From positions 166,015 through 230,014 of the forward strand of contig CAWBDA010000004.1 in the NCBI GenBank assembly GCA_963787495.1: 64,000 nt of DNA, read 5' to 3'. The DNA is from an uncultured Acidobacteriaceae bacterium (GTDB lineage: Bacteria > Acidobacteriota > Terriglobia > Terriglobales > Acidobacteriaceae). The notes beneath the pieces are model-generated. The model made no database searches. It saw only the letters and a program-made list of their open reading frames with translations, and was not told where the DNA came from. A program made the translations under genes and the position numbers. Below, piece by piece: positions 27,666-36,119 of the stretch; within the stretch, counting starts at the first letter, position 1, and every line of letters starts with the position of its first letter.

Positions 27666-29162
27666 ATGCTTCTTCCGCGCACACTGGGCGAATTGCGCCG
27701 CAGCACCTTTTCTGAAGAACGCCTGCGCACCCGCCGCGTGAAGGACGAACTCCGCGACAACCTCATCGCCCGCCTGCGTCACCACGACGATTCCGGCATC
27801 TTCCCTGGCATCGTCGGCTACGACGACACCGTCGTGCCCCAAATCGTGAATGCCGTCCTCTCGCGCCACAATTTCATTCTGCTCGGCCTGCGCGGCCAGG
27901 CCAAAAGCCGCATCCTGCGGGCTCTTACCACGCTGCTCGATCCTCACATGCCTTACCTCACGGGATGCGAGATTCGTGACAATCCCTACGCTCCCATCTG
28001 CCGCCGCTGCCGCGAAGAAGTCGCGCGGCTCGGCGATGCCGCTCTCATTTCTTATCTAACTCCCGACGACCGCTACGTGGAAAAACTCGCCACGCCCGAT
28101 GTAACCATCGCCGACCTGATCGGCGACATCGACCCCATCAAAGCCGCCCGCGGCGGCCACGAACTGTCGAGCGAGTTCACCGTTCACTACGGCCTGCTTC
28201 CCCGCGCCAATCGCGGCATCTTCGCCATCAACGAACTTCCCGACCTCGCCGGGAAAATTCAGGTCGGCCTGTTCAACATTATGCAGGAAGGCGACGTGCA
28301 GATTAAGGGCTATCCCATCCGCCTCCCGCTCGACGTGGCCATCGTCTTCAGCGCCAATCCCGAGGACTATACCGCTCGCGGCAAAATCATCACCCCGCTC
28401 AAAGACCGCATCGGCTCCGAGATTCGCACGCACTACCCGGCGACGGTCGATGAAGGCATCGCCATCACCGCGCAGGAAGCCTGGACCAGCCGCAACGGCC
28501 ATCCCATGCATCTACCCACCTACATTCAGGAAGTAATCGAGCGCATCGCCTTTGCTGCCCGCGAAGACAAGAAAATCGACAAGCGTAGCGGCGTAAGCCA
28601 ACGCCTGCCGATCTCCGCAATGGAGAACGTAATCTCCAACGCCGAGCGCCGCGCGCTGCGCAATGACGAAAAACTCGTGGTGCCACGCGTCAGCGACGTC
28701 TACGCCGCCCTACCCGCCATCACCGGAAAACTGGAACTCGAATACGAGGGCGAAATGAAAGGAGCCGACCACGTCTCCCGCGAACTGATCCGCGCTGCCA
28801 TCGCGAAAACGTACGATGAGTACTTCACCGGCGCTAACGTGCAGCAGATCGTGCAGTGGTTTGATTTAGGCGGCGAGATTCACCTCTCCGATTCCATTGC
28901 CGCGTTGGAAGCGCTAGAAAACCTGAAAGAAATTCAGGGCCTGATCGACAAGCTAGGCCCGCTAGGAGTCTCGCAGAAGGAAAGTCCGGAGCAACAGGTC
29001 TCCGCCGCCGAATTCATCCTCGAAGGCCTGCACGCCCACAAGCGCATCGGCCGCAACGAAGAACGAGTCTTCAAAGCCGGAGAGAAAAAGCCCGAGCCAC
29101 AGCGCGAAAAAAGTTTCGAGAAGGAAGAACCGCCGTATCGGCAGAGAAGGCAGTTTAATTAA
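27666..29162 (+). CDS. MoxR/ChlI-like AAA+ ATPase with deviant Walker motifs
   Basis: GLRGQAKS in the Walker A position and RGIFAINELPDL in the Walker B position, plus a QEGDVQIKG...VFSANPEDY MoxR-like core. Paired with a vWA gene. Confidence 0.8.
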   Translation: MLLPRTLGELRRSTFSEERLRTRRVKDELRDNLIARLRHHDDSGIFPGIVGYDDTVVPQIVNAVLSRHNFILLGLRGQAKSRILRALTTLLDPHMPYLTGCEIRDNPYAPICRRCREEVARLGDAALISYLTPDDRYVEKLATPDVTIADLIGDIDPIKAARGGHELSSEFTVHYGLLPRANRGIFAINELPDLAGKIQVGLFNIMQEGDVQIKGYPIRLPLDVAIVFSANPEDYTARGKIITPLKDRIGSEIRTHYPATVDEGIAITAQEAWTSRNGHPMHLPTYIQEVIERIAFAAREDKKIDKRSGVSQRLPISAMENVISNAERRALRNDEKLVVPRVSDVYAALPAITGKLELEYEGEMKGADHVSRELIRAAIAKTYDEYFTGANVQQIVQWFDLGGEIHLSDSIAALEALENLKEIQGLIDKLGPLGVSQKESPEQQVSAAEFILEGLHAHKRIGRNEERVFKAGEKKPEPQREKSFEKEEPPYRQRRQFN

Positions 29163-29234
29163 GTGGTCAGTGGCCAGTGGCCAGTCAAAGCCATTAGGCG
29201 TCAGGTTTTACTGATCACTGACCACTGGCCACTG
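29162..29234. repeat. inverted heptad-repeat element, CAGTGGY family
   Basis: AGTGGTC AGTGGCC AGTGGCC AGTC at 29162-29186. ACTGATC ACTGACC ACTGGCC ACTG at 29210-29234. 23-nt spacer. Confidence 0.95.
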
Positions 29235-29237
29235 CTT

Positions 29238-30476
29238 ATGAAACGCATCCGCTACTCCAAATACGTCCCCGACCCCGCCGGTGAAATGAGCCTGGAAGAC
29301 CTGCTCAGCGCGCTCTCCGACTACCTGCTGCAGAGCGGCTTCCAGAGCGACATGTGGTACGAGATGCCCGAGGGCGAGCAATCTCTCGACGACCTTCGCC
29401 GCGCCATCGAGCAAGCCCTGATGGAAGGCGATCAGTTCGACGAAGACATGCGCGAACGCCTCGAGCAAATGGCGGCGGACGGCGAACTCGACGAACTCAT
29501 CGAAAAATTAATCGAACGCATGCAGCAGGAAGACTACATCTCAATCGACCAACCGCCCGACCCGTCGCGTCCCTCCGGCGTAGGCGGACAAGTAGGTGAA
29601 AACGCTCCGCAAGCCAAATTTGAAATTACCGACAAGAGCCTCGACTTCCTCGGCTTCAAGTCCCTGCGCAACCTGCTTGGCTCGCTCGGTAAATCCAGCT
29701 TCGGACGCCACGACACCCGCGACCTCGCCACCGGAATCGAAGCCAGCGGCGCCTCCCGCACCTACGAATTCGGCGACACGCTCAACCTCGACATCACCGC
29801 CACGCTTTCAAGCGCGATCCAGCGCGAAGGCCTTGCTCTGCCGCTAAACATTGAATACTCGGACCTGCAAGTCCACCAGTGCGAATACCAATCCTCCTGC
29901 GCGACGGTCTTAATGCTCGACTGCTCACACTCGATGATTCTCTACAGCGAAGACCGCTTCACTCCTGCGAAAAAAGTCGCCATGGCGCTCTCCCACCTGA
30001 TCCGCACGCAGTATCCCGGCGACTCGCTTTCGCTAGTCCTCTTCCACGACTCCGCCGAAGAAGTTCCACTCTCGCAGCTAGCCCGCGTCAAGGTCGGCCC
30101 CTACTACACCAACACGCGCGAAGGCCTGCGCCTGGCGCAAAGAATCCTACAGCGCCAGAGAAAAGACATGAAGCAGATCGTCATGATCACCGACGGCAAA
30201 CCCTCCGCCCTAACCCTCGAAGACGGACGCATCTACAAGAACGCCTTTGGCCTCGACCCGCTGGTAGTAAGCCAGACGCTCGAAGAAGTCTCCAAGTGCA
30301 AGCGCGCCGGAGTCCTGATCAACACCTTCATGCTCGCATCAGACTATGGTTTGGTGCAATTCGTCCAGAAAGTAACCGAGATGTGCCGCGGCAAAGCCTA
30401 TTTCACCACTCCCTACACCCTGGGCCAATACCTGCTGATGGATTACATGTCGAGAAAGACGAAAACAATTCACTGA
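29238..30476 (+). CDS. von Willebrand factor A domain protein (partner of the AAA+ ATPase)
   Basis: Start at MKRIRYSKY (ATG 29238). MIDAS-like [10 protein letters not shown] and ITDGKPSA. Confidence 0.8.
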   Translation: MKRIRYSKYVPDPAGEMSLEDLLSALSDYLLQSGFQSDMWYEMPEGEQSLDDLRRAIEQALMEGDQFDEDMRERLEQMAADGELDELIEKLIERMQQEDYISIDQPPDPSRPSGVGGQVGENAPQAKFEITDKSLDFLGFKSLRNLLGSLGKSSFGRHDTRDLATGIEASGASRTYEFGDTLNLDITATLSSAIQREGLALPLNIEYSDLQVHQCEYQSSCATVLMLDCSHSMILYSEDRFTPAKKVAMALSHLIRTQYPGDSLSLVLFHDSAEEVPLSQLARVKVGPYYTNTREGLRLAQRILQRQRKDMKQIVMITDGKPSALTLEDGRIYKNAFGLDPLVVSQTLEEVSKCKRAGVLINTFMLASDYGLVQFVQKVTEMCRGKAYFTTPYTLGQYLLMDYMSRKTKTIH

Positions 30477-30647
30477 CAGGAGTCGAGAAGCGACGGCATT
30501 CATTACCCCGCACGTAAGTGTGGGGAAGGCGGGCGGGACATAGCTGAGTCCGCAAGGGACGGCACCCCTTTTGCTGGACAAACTGTGCCTTGTAGCCGCA
30601 TCCCCCTCGCCCCACATACCAAACTGCTGATACTCTTTTAACAGCCC

Positions 30648-31568
30648 ATGGCAAACTGCGTTCGATGCGGCCGTCAGCTCTCCGGTTTCTCCTTCGGCAA
30701 GAAAATCTGCCAGTGGTGTCGCCAGCACGAAGCCTACCAGCGCGGCGAAGTCCCCGACGACGCGCCGCAAACCGTTATGCCCACGCCCTGGGTCCGCCGC
30801 AATGAATCAACCATCGGCCTGACGCAAGTGATTTTCGGCATCAATGCCGCTGTTTTCCTGGGCATGGCGCTCTCAAGTTCTACCATCATGGACTTTCCGG
30901 TGCGCGAACTTATAGTGTGGGGCGCGAATGTAGGCGCGCTTACGTTCTCCGGAGAATGGTGGCGGCTACTGACCAACGTATTCGTTCATGGCGGCATCAT
31001 CCACATTGCCTTCAACATGTGGTGCCTGTGGAATCTGGGCCAACTCTGCGAATCGCTCTACGGACGCTGGACCTACGCCGCCGTCTATCTCATCTGCGGC
31101 CTGGGAGCCAGTCTTGCCAGCGCAGCCTGGCACCCCTTCGTCCCCAGCGTCGGCGCCTCGGGAGCAATCTTCGGGCTCGCCGGCGCGCTCATCACAGCCC
31201 TTAAGTTAGGAGAATTCTCGGTTCCGCGCGCCGCCCTTTCAGGCACGCTGCGCAGCCTTGGCGCGTTTGTGGTCTACAACCTGATCTTCGGATTCGTACT
31301 TCCCGGCGTCGACAACACTGCCCACATCGGCGGCCTGATCACCGGGCTCATCGTCGGCGCACTAATCGCCCTCATCGCCCCGCAGAAAGACCAAGCCCCG
31401 CGTCGCGTAGCGGTCTTTCTAGTCGTGATCCTCGCATTAGCCGGAGGCGCAATCGCCACGGCCCATCATTACGGCGCCCCCTTGCGCCTGGGACGCGTGA
31501 ATTACGAGCGCTCTGCTAACGTTCCTGAAGAACGAGTACCGCTCCGTCCGTCTACGCTGTCATGCTGA
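30648..31568 (+). CDS. rhomboid-family intramembrane serine protease with N-terminal zinc ribbon
   Basis: CVRCGRQL...CQWC ribbon. Motifs HIAFNMW, GASGAIFGL and HIGGLITG. Confidence 0.85.
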   Translation: MANCVRCGRQLSGFSFGKKICQWCRQHEAYQRGEVPDDAPQTVMPTPWVRRNESTIGLTQVIFGINAAVFLGMALSSSTIMDFPVRELIVWGANVGALTFSGEWWRLLTNVFVHGGIIHIAFNMWCLWNLGQLCESLYGRWTYAAVYLICGLGASLASAAWHPFVPSVGASGAIFGLAGALITALKLGEFSVPRAALSGTLRSLGAFVVYNLIFGFVLPGVDNTAHIGGLITGLIVGALIALIAPQKDQAPRRVAVFLVVILALAGGAIATAHHYGAPLRLGRVNYERSANVPEERVPLRPSTLSC

Positions 31569-31980
31569 GCGAGGTAGGGTCGTCTAAGGGACGATCCTAC
31601 ACAGTCGAAGCATCCCTATTTGCGCCGCGACCTTAGCCCCGCCGCTCTTTCCATCGATGCACATAGACATACGAGCATCTAGCTCTTCAACTCCCCACCG
31701 CCCTCGAAGCCTGATTAATCGCCTCATCTGTGTAAGCGGCGGCTCCCGCATCGCAATTAGCGATCGCAATTCGTCCAAGAGTTTTCCGCGCCCGCTCATA
31801 CGGCGTCTGGCCGCCTTCCCGGGATCTGTATCGACAGCGGCGAGCAGATGCCGGGGCCTCAAGGAAGCGCCTACGGTTACGGCACTCTGTTCAGGAAGCA
31901 CGGCGCGCAATGGCGCTCTTCATTCCCAGTTCGCCGTCGCTTCGATCGCTCAGAGGTTCTAGTATCGGCACGTGCGCGGA

Positions 31981-32211
31981 CTAGCCTTCAGACTTCTTGA
32001 CGGCCAGTTCAGCTCCCTGGAATCCGATGCGGCTGTGGGTGCCGTCGCAAAAAGGCTTGTTCACCGAGCCGCCACAGCGGCAGAGAGAAAAGGCGGGCTT
32101 GCCAGTGAGATCGAACTCGTTTCCGTTGACATCGACGAGTTCGATTGAACCCTCGGGCGCCTCTACGCGGTAGGGGCCGTTGGGACGGACTGTGATCTTT
32201 ACCTGAGCCAT
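31981..32211 (-). CDS. CDGSH-type iron-sulfur domain protein
   Basis: 76 aa starting MAQVKITVRPNGPYRV with CRCGGSVNKPFCDGTHS. GGAGG lies upstream of ATG 32211. Confidence 0.85.
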   Translation of the reverse strand: MAQVKITVRPNGPYRVEAPEGSIELVDVNGNEFDLTGKPAFSLCRCGGSVNKPFCDGTHSRIGFQGAELAVKKSEG

Positions 32212-32345
32212 GACTTCGATTCCTCCAACCTTACGGGTTTCTAGTAAGCCTAGAAAGATACCACCAAGCAGGGGCGGATGTCGCGGGGGCGCAGCTGTTT
32301 TGAACAGGACAGGGGTCGCTCCAACTCGCTCGGCCCTGCCAGAAA

Positions 32346-33317
32346 TCATGCTGCCGGGCCGACGCGGAGGATGCGACGGACGTCGAAGAAAACGACTATG
32401 GCGCCGACTATCAGGACCCAGATGGCTGAGTTTGCCGTCCACCGATTGAAGGATCTGACGAAATTGGCGGCATCGGGGAAAGAAACACCGCTAGCGCTGA
32501 ACCCTTGCAGCAGATTGGTCCGGCACAGCAAGTAAACCAATCCGAAGGAATAGCAATCGAGGCCGAGGCGGAGGCTGGCGCTGAGGCGCGTCCAGCGAGG
32601 ATTCGAAAGATTCATACAGGAGACAACGACGCCCGCCACGGTGACCACCACCAGTGCCCAGAAGAAATACGGCCAGCGGGGTGACAGCGTGATGGTAGTT
32701 CCAAAGATGTGAAACACGCGATGGAAGGCATCGAGCTGAATCCAGGTGGCCAAGGTTGCGACGACGACTGTCAGCTCGAAGATGGTGCCACCGCGAGAGA
32801 TTACGTTGCGATCGCGCACGGCCGGAAGCGCGCGCGGGTTCCAGTCGTTCAGCAGATGCAGCCGCGCCTGAGATCGGTCCAAAAGGGCGAAGATCAAGGT
32901 ATTGAAGAATAACGAGTAGGTACAGGCGAGCCACCAGGGCTCGAGCGATGCGAACAGCGCGGCACCGGGGTGGTCGGCGCGAAAGTCAGGGGAAAAGATG
33001 GCGATGCCCATCCAGACCAGCATCCATGGGAGCAGAAAATAGAGGACCAGCGACCGGATGATGACGCTGTAGATGGGAAAAAGCGCCGGGCCGATCAAGG
33101 ACTGCTGTGGCAGATAGCGCCCGGCCACGGCCATGGGAGATCCGCAGCGTTTGAGGATGGGTTCGACTTCGGGGTCGGTGAGTTTATGGCCGAGTTCGGT
33201 TTCTTTTTCCTCGATCTGCGAGCGAAGATCTTCGGAAAGTTCCGCGATGATGTCGTCCTTCTGATTGCCGGGCAACCAGAATTTAACGGCGTGCAAGTAA
33301 CGATCGACGAGTGCCAT
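32346..33317 (-). CDS. membrane protein co-transcribed with PadR (N-terminal helical domain plus about 6 TM segments)
   Basis: Start at MALVDRYLHAVKFWLPGNQKDDIIAELSEDLRSQIEE (ATG 33317), 20 nt after the PadR stop. Multiple hydrophobic segments. Confidence 0.6.
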   Translation of the reverse strand: MALVDRYLHAVKFWLPGNQKDDIIAELSEDLRSQIEEKETELGHKLTDPEVEPILKRCGSPMAVAGRYLPQQSLIGPALFPIYSVIIRSLVLYFLLPWMLVWMGIAIFSPDFRADHPGAALFASLEPWWLACTYSLFFNTLIFALLDRSQARLHLLNDWNPRALPAVRDRNVISRGGTIFELTVVVATLATWIQLDAFHRVFHIFGTTITLSPRWPYFFWALVVVTVAGVVVSCMNLSNPRWTRLSASLRLGLDCYSFGLVYLLCRTNLLQGFSASGVSFPDAANFVRSFNRWTANSAIWVLIVGAIVVFFDVRRILRVGPAA

Positions 33318-33337
33318 GACTTTGCTCCTTGATGCGC

Positions 33338-33682
33338 TTAGAAAATGTCTTCCAAAGATTCGTGAATGCTTTTCCACTCGATCAACAATTGTTTGAGGAT
33401 CAATTTGCCGTCGGGTGAAAGGCGGTAGAAACGCTTGTTGCGCTTGTCTTCTTCCCTCCACTGGCTGACCAGCAAGCCCTGGGTTTCCAGGCGGCGCAGC
33501 AACGGGTAGAGCGTGCCTTCGTCGATGGCCATGCCGTGATCGGCGAGCGTCTTTCGCAGCGTGTAGCCGTAGCGTTCGGTGCGCAAAGCCGCCAGCACCG
33601 CCAAAGGAAGGCTGCCGCGGCGGAGCTCCTGCCGGAGGTTTTCGAAGCGGTCGTCACTCTGGTTATCCATGCTATGCGACAT
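33338..33682 (-). CDS. PadR-family transcriptional regulator
   Basis: LRRGSLPLAVLAALRTERYGYTLRKTL...GTLYPLLRRLETQGLLVSQW. Start is ATG 33682 or 33670. Confidence 0.85.
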   Translation of the reverse strand: MSHSMDNQSDDRFENLRQELRRGSLPLAVLAALRTERYGYTLRKTLADHGMAIDEGTLYPLLRRLETQGLLVSQWREEDKRNKRFYRLSPDGKLILKQLLIEWKSIHESLEDIF

Positions 33683-33705
33683 ATAGTGTATGTCAAACAC
33701 TATAT
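33681..33705. promoter_or_regulatory. perfect 9-bp inverted repeat ATATAGTGT-N7-ACACTATAT (candidate PadR operator)
   Basis: Overlaps the first candidate start codon and a minus-strand TATATA box that lies 18 nt downstream of TTGCCA. Confidence 0.55.
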
Positions 33706-33798
33706 ACCACATAGTATAAGACGGTGGCAATAGATTTCTTTGGCGTCCGTCAGTAATGCCCTCAGCGCCTGAAGGCACGATGCGTCAAGAGCGTTTGC

Positions 33799-33818
33799 GG
33801 CACGACTGAAGTCGTGCC
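33799..33818. repeat. GC-rich hairpin GGCACGAC-TGAA-GTCGTGCC (TTCA-loop family)
   Basis: Perfect 8-bp stem, intergenic. Confidence 0.7.
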
Positions 33819-33890
33819 CTTCCCAGTTCGTAACGTCTCTTGATGAGTCATTGCGGCGACGCCAGATCCAGGTAAACAAATTGCTGCGCT

Positions 33891-34091
33891 TTAGGTTTTG
33901 CTGGAACTTCTCGCCGCTCTGGCAAGCTCTTCGGCGAGTTTCAAAGCGTTCATGGAGTGTTCGTGGGCCTGTCTGCTGAGTTCGTGAGCGGTCAGATGAT
34001 CTCCCTTGCCGTGAGCAACGGCAGCGGCGGTGTGGGCGTGGGCCGCAAGGTTATGGAGTTCTGCGAGTCGATTGTGGGAGCTTTGCGACAT
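33891..34091 (-). CDS. small histidine/alanine-rich helical protein
   Basis: MSQSSHNRLAELHNLAAHAHTAAAVAHGKGDHLTAHELSRQAHEHSMNALK. No function known. Confidence 0.45.
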   Translation of the reverse strand: MSQSSHNRLAELHNLAAHAHTAAAVAHGKGDHLTAHELSRQAHEHSMNALKLAEELARAARSSSKT

Positions 34092-34136
34092 TGATCTTCT
34101 CCTACCTTTCAAAACATCAAGTCATGATTTTAGATC

Positions 34137-35255
34137 TTAGGCGGCCAGGCTGTTGGCTGAGATCAGGCTGCGGTAGAGTTCCAGGTAATCGTCAATCATG
34201 CGCTTGGTGGTGAAGCGCTCGCGGGCGCGGGTGTAGGCGCGGTCGGCATAGGACTGGCGAAGGGAACGGTCGGCGTCGAGCTGGCGGAGGGTTTCCGCCA
34301 GACTGCCGGCGTCATTAGTGCGGAAGTAGAGTGCGGCATCGCCCCAGACTTCGCGGAAGCTGGGGATATCGTTGGCCACGATGGCGCAGCGAGAGAACGC
34401 GGCTTCAAGCGGCGCAATGCCGAGCGGTTCATAGCGCGCCGTAGCGGCGTAGACGGCGGCGCGGCTGTAGAGCGCGCGCAGCTGAGCCTCGGTTTGCGGG
34501 CCGCGAACGGCAACGGAACTCTGGTCGGTCGAAACTTTCACGTCGGCGCGGATGGGAATGCGCGGCACGGGCACGGTTTGCTCTGCGCCCACGATGCAGA
34601 CGGAGAACGGCTGCGCGTGTTGGGTGAGCAGGTGCACTTGCTTGCCGGCGTCGAGCAAGCGACCGACCGAGAGCACGGAGTCGTCCTTGCTGACGTAGGG
34701 ATTGAAGAAGATGGGATTGCGTCCGGGATAAATGACTGCCTCGCGGCGCGGCATTGTATAGGTGGCACGAAGAGTCTCGAGCATCCAGGCCGAGGGAGCG
34801 ACTACCGCATCGGCGGCGGCGATGCCGCGGACGACGGTATCGCGATACCAATTCAGCGTACGCGTGGGGCGCGGAGTGCAACCCTGCACTGCTTCGTTCC
34901 AACTGATGAGGTCGCCGTGGGCCATCACCACGCGTGGGATGTCGACCGGTATATTGCCGTGACAGAACTGGTGGAGGTGAAGCATGTCCGGCCGAACCTC
35001 GCGCACCACACTGACAAGGAACTCCGAGGATTCGTGCAGGTCTTGCGGCGCTTCGTCCATCCACTCGAGGCGGAAAGCCGTGGGTCGATATTCGAGGCCG
35101 TGGAGGAGTTCCATCCACGCGGTCTGCTCGGGAAGCGGAATTTCGCCAAAGCTAACCAGCGTGACTCGGACGCCGCGCGTGACCAGTCCTGTAACCAGCT
35201 CGCGGGTATAGGTCCAGGAGCCGGACATGGTATCGGCTGTGACCAAAACGTGCAC
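34137..35255 (-). CDS. GT-B fold glycosyltransferase (GT4-like)
   Basis: Start proposed at GTG 35255 (VHVLVTADTMSGSW), preceded by GGAGG. C-terminal ...ARYEPLGIAPLEAAFSRCAIVAND. Confidence 0.75.
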   Translation of the reverse strand: MHVLVTADTMSGSWTYTRELVTGLVTRGVRVTLVSFGEIPLPEQTAWMELLHGLEYRPTAFRLEWMDEAPQDLHESSEFLVSVVREVRPDMLHLHQFCHGNIPVDIPRVVMAHGDLISWNEAVQGCTPRPTRTLNWYRDTVVRGIAAADAVVAPSAWMLETLRATYTMPRREAVIYPGRNPIFFNPYVSKDDSVLSVGRLLDAGKQVHLLTQHAQPFSVCIVGAEQTVPVPRIPIRADVKVSTDQSSVAVRGPQTEAQLRALYSRAAVYAATARYEPLGIAPLEAAFSRCAIVANDIPSFREVWGDAALYFRTNDAGSLAETLRQLDADRSLRQSYADRAYTRARERFTTKRMIDDYLELYRSLISANSLAA

Positions 35256-35441
35256 AGTGCCTCCGGAGCGTGAGCCCGCAGTGGATGCGGGGTCTGGCGT
35301 GGCGCGCTCGCTTATTCTAGTGCGAAGGGGGTGAGGTTCGGGGAAAATTCTTTGGGACCCGGCAGGTGCAAGGTCTTGCATACCGACGGCGCCTGGGTCG
35401 TGCTTGCTGCAGGCCAGGGCTGGGCATCCGGGGAACGCGAA

Positions 35442-35927
35442 TCAGTTCGCGCCCAGCCTTAGCCTCATGTCACGGGCAAGATTATCGATAAGACGGATTT
35501 TTTCCGCGGCGGGGCCGGGGACCTGGGGTACGGCCATAGCCAGTTCGCAGGAAAGCAGCATGGCAGTGAGCGATTCGCACATTTCGCTGCGAATCTGTTG
35601 CTCGACCGAGCGGCGGGCCTGGGTTTCCTCACGCTTGCGGCGATGCAATGCGGAGCGCACTTCGCGCAACAGCCGCTCCATACCACTGACGGCGAAATTA
35701 AGGTAGACGGGGAAGGCTGTGCCCAGATGCTCGAGCACCTGGTCGCTTTCGCTTGGCTCATTCTCTAAAAGGAATTGATCGAGGACCACCGCTGAGTAAG
35801 GTTGTTCGCGCAGCCGGGCCACTGCTTGCGGCAGATCCGCCGCCCAGTGGGTTTCCTCGCCGGTGGCGTCTTTTACAGTGGCTGCGCACTCTTGGCCGCG
35901 TGCTGAAGGGGTTATGAGTAGAATCAT
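35442..35927 (-). CDS. receiver-like (pseudo-receiver) domain protein
   Basis: MILLITPS...AVVLDQ fits a CheY-like beta-alpha pattern but lacks the N-terminal acidic pair. Helical C-terminus. Confidence 0.45.
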   Translation of the reverse strand: MILLITPSARGQECAATVKDATGEETHWAADLPQAVARLREQPYSAVVLDQFLLENEPSESDQVLEHLGTAFPVYLNFAVSGMERLLREVRSALHRRKREETQARRSVEQQIRSEMCESLTAMLLSCELAMAVPQVPGPAAEKIRLIDNLARDMRLRLGAN

Positions 35928-36033
35928 GCTCTTTGCATTGCACGCCAGGCACCACTACCGCTGACATTGAAAAGACGTGGGTTAGACTGCGACGCCGATG
36001 CGCTGTTCCCATTACAGAACGGAAAAGCAGCTC

Positions 36034-36115
36034 TCAGTTCCCAGTTCTCAGTTCTTGGTTCTCAGCAAGACCACCTTTGCCAACCTGAGAACTGGGAACT
36101 GAGAACAGAGAACTG
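36034..36115. repeat. inverted heptad-repeat element, CAGTTCT family
   Basis: TCAGTTC CCAGTTC TCAGTTC TTGGTTC TCAG at 36034-36065. CTGAGAA CTGGGAA CTGAGAA CAGAGAA CTG at 36085-36115. 19-nt spacer. Confidence 0.95.
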
Positions 36116-36119
36116 TCTT

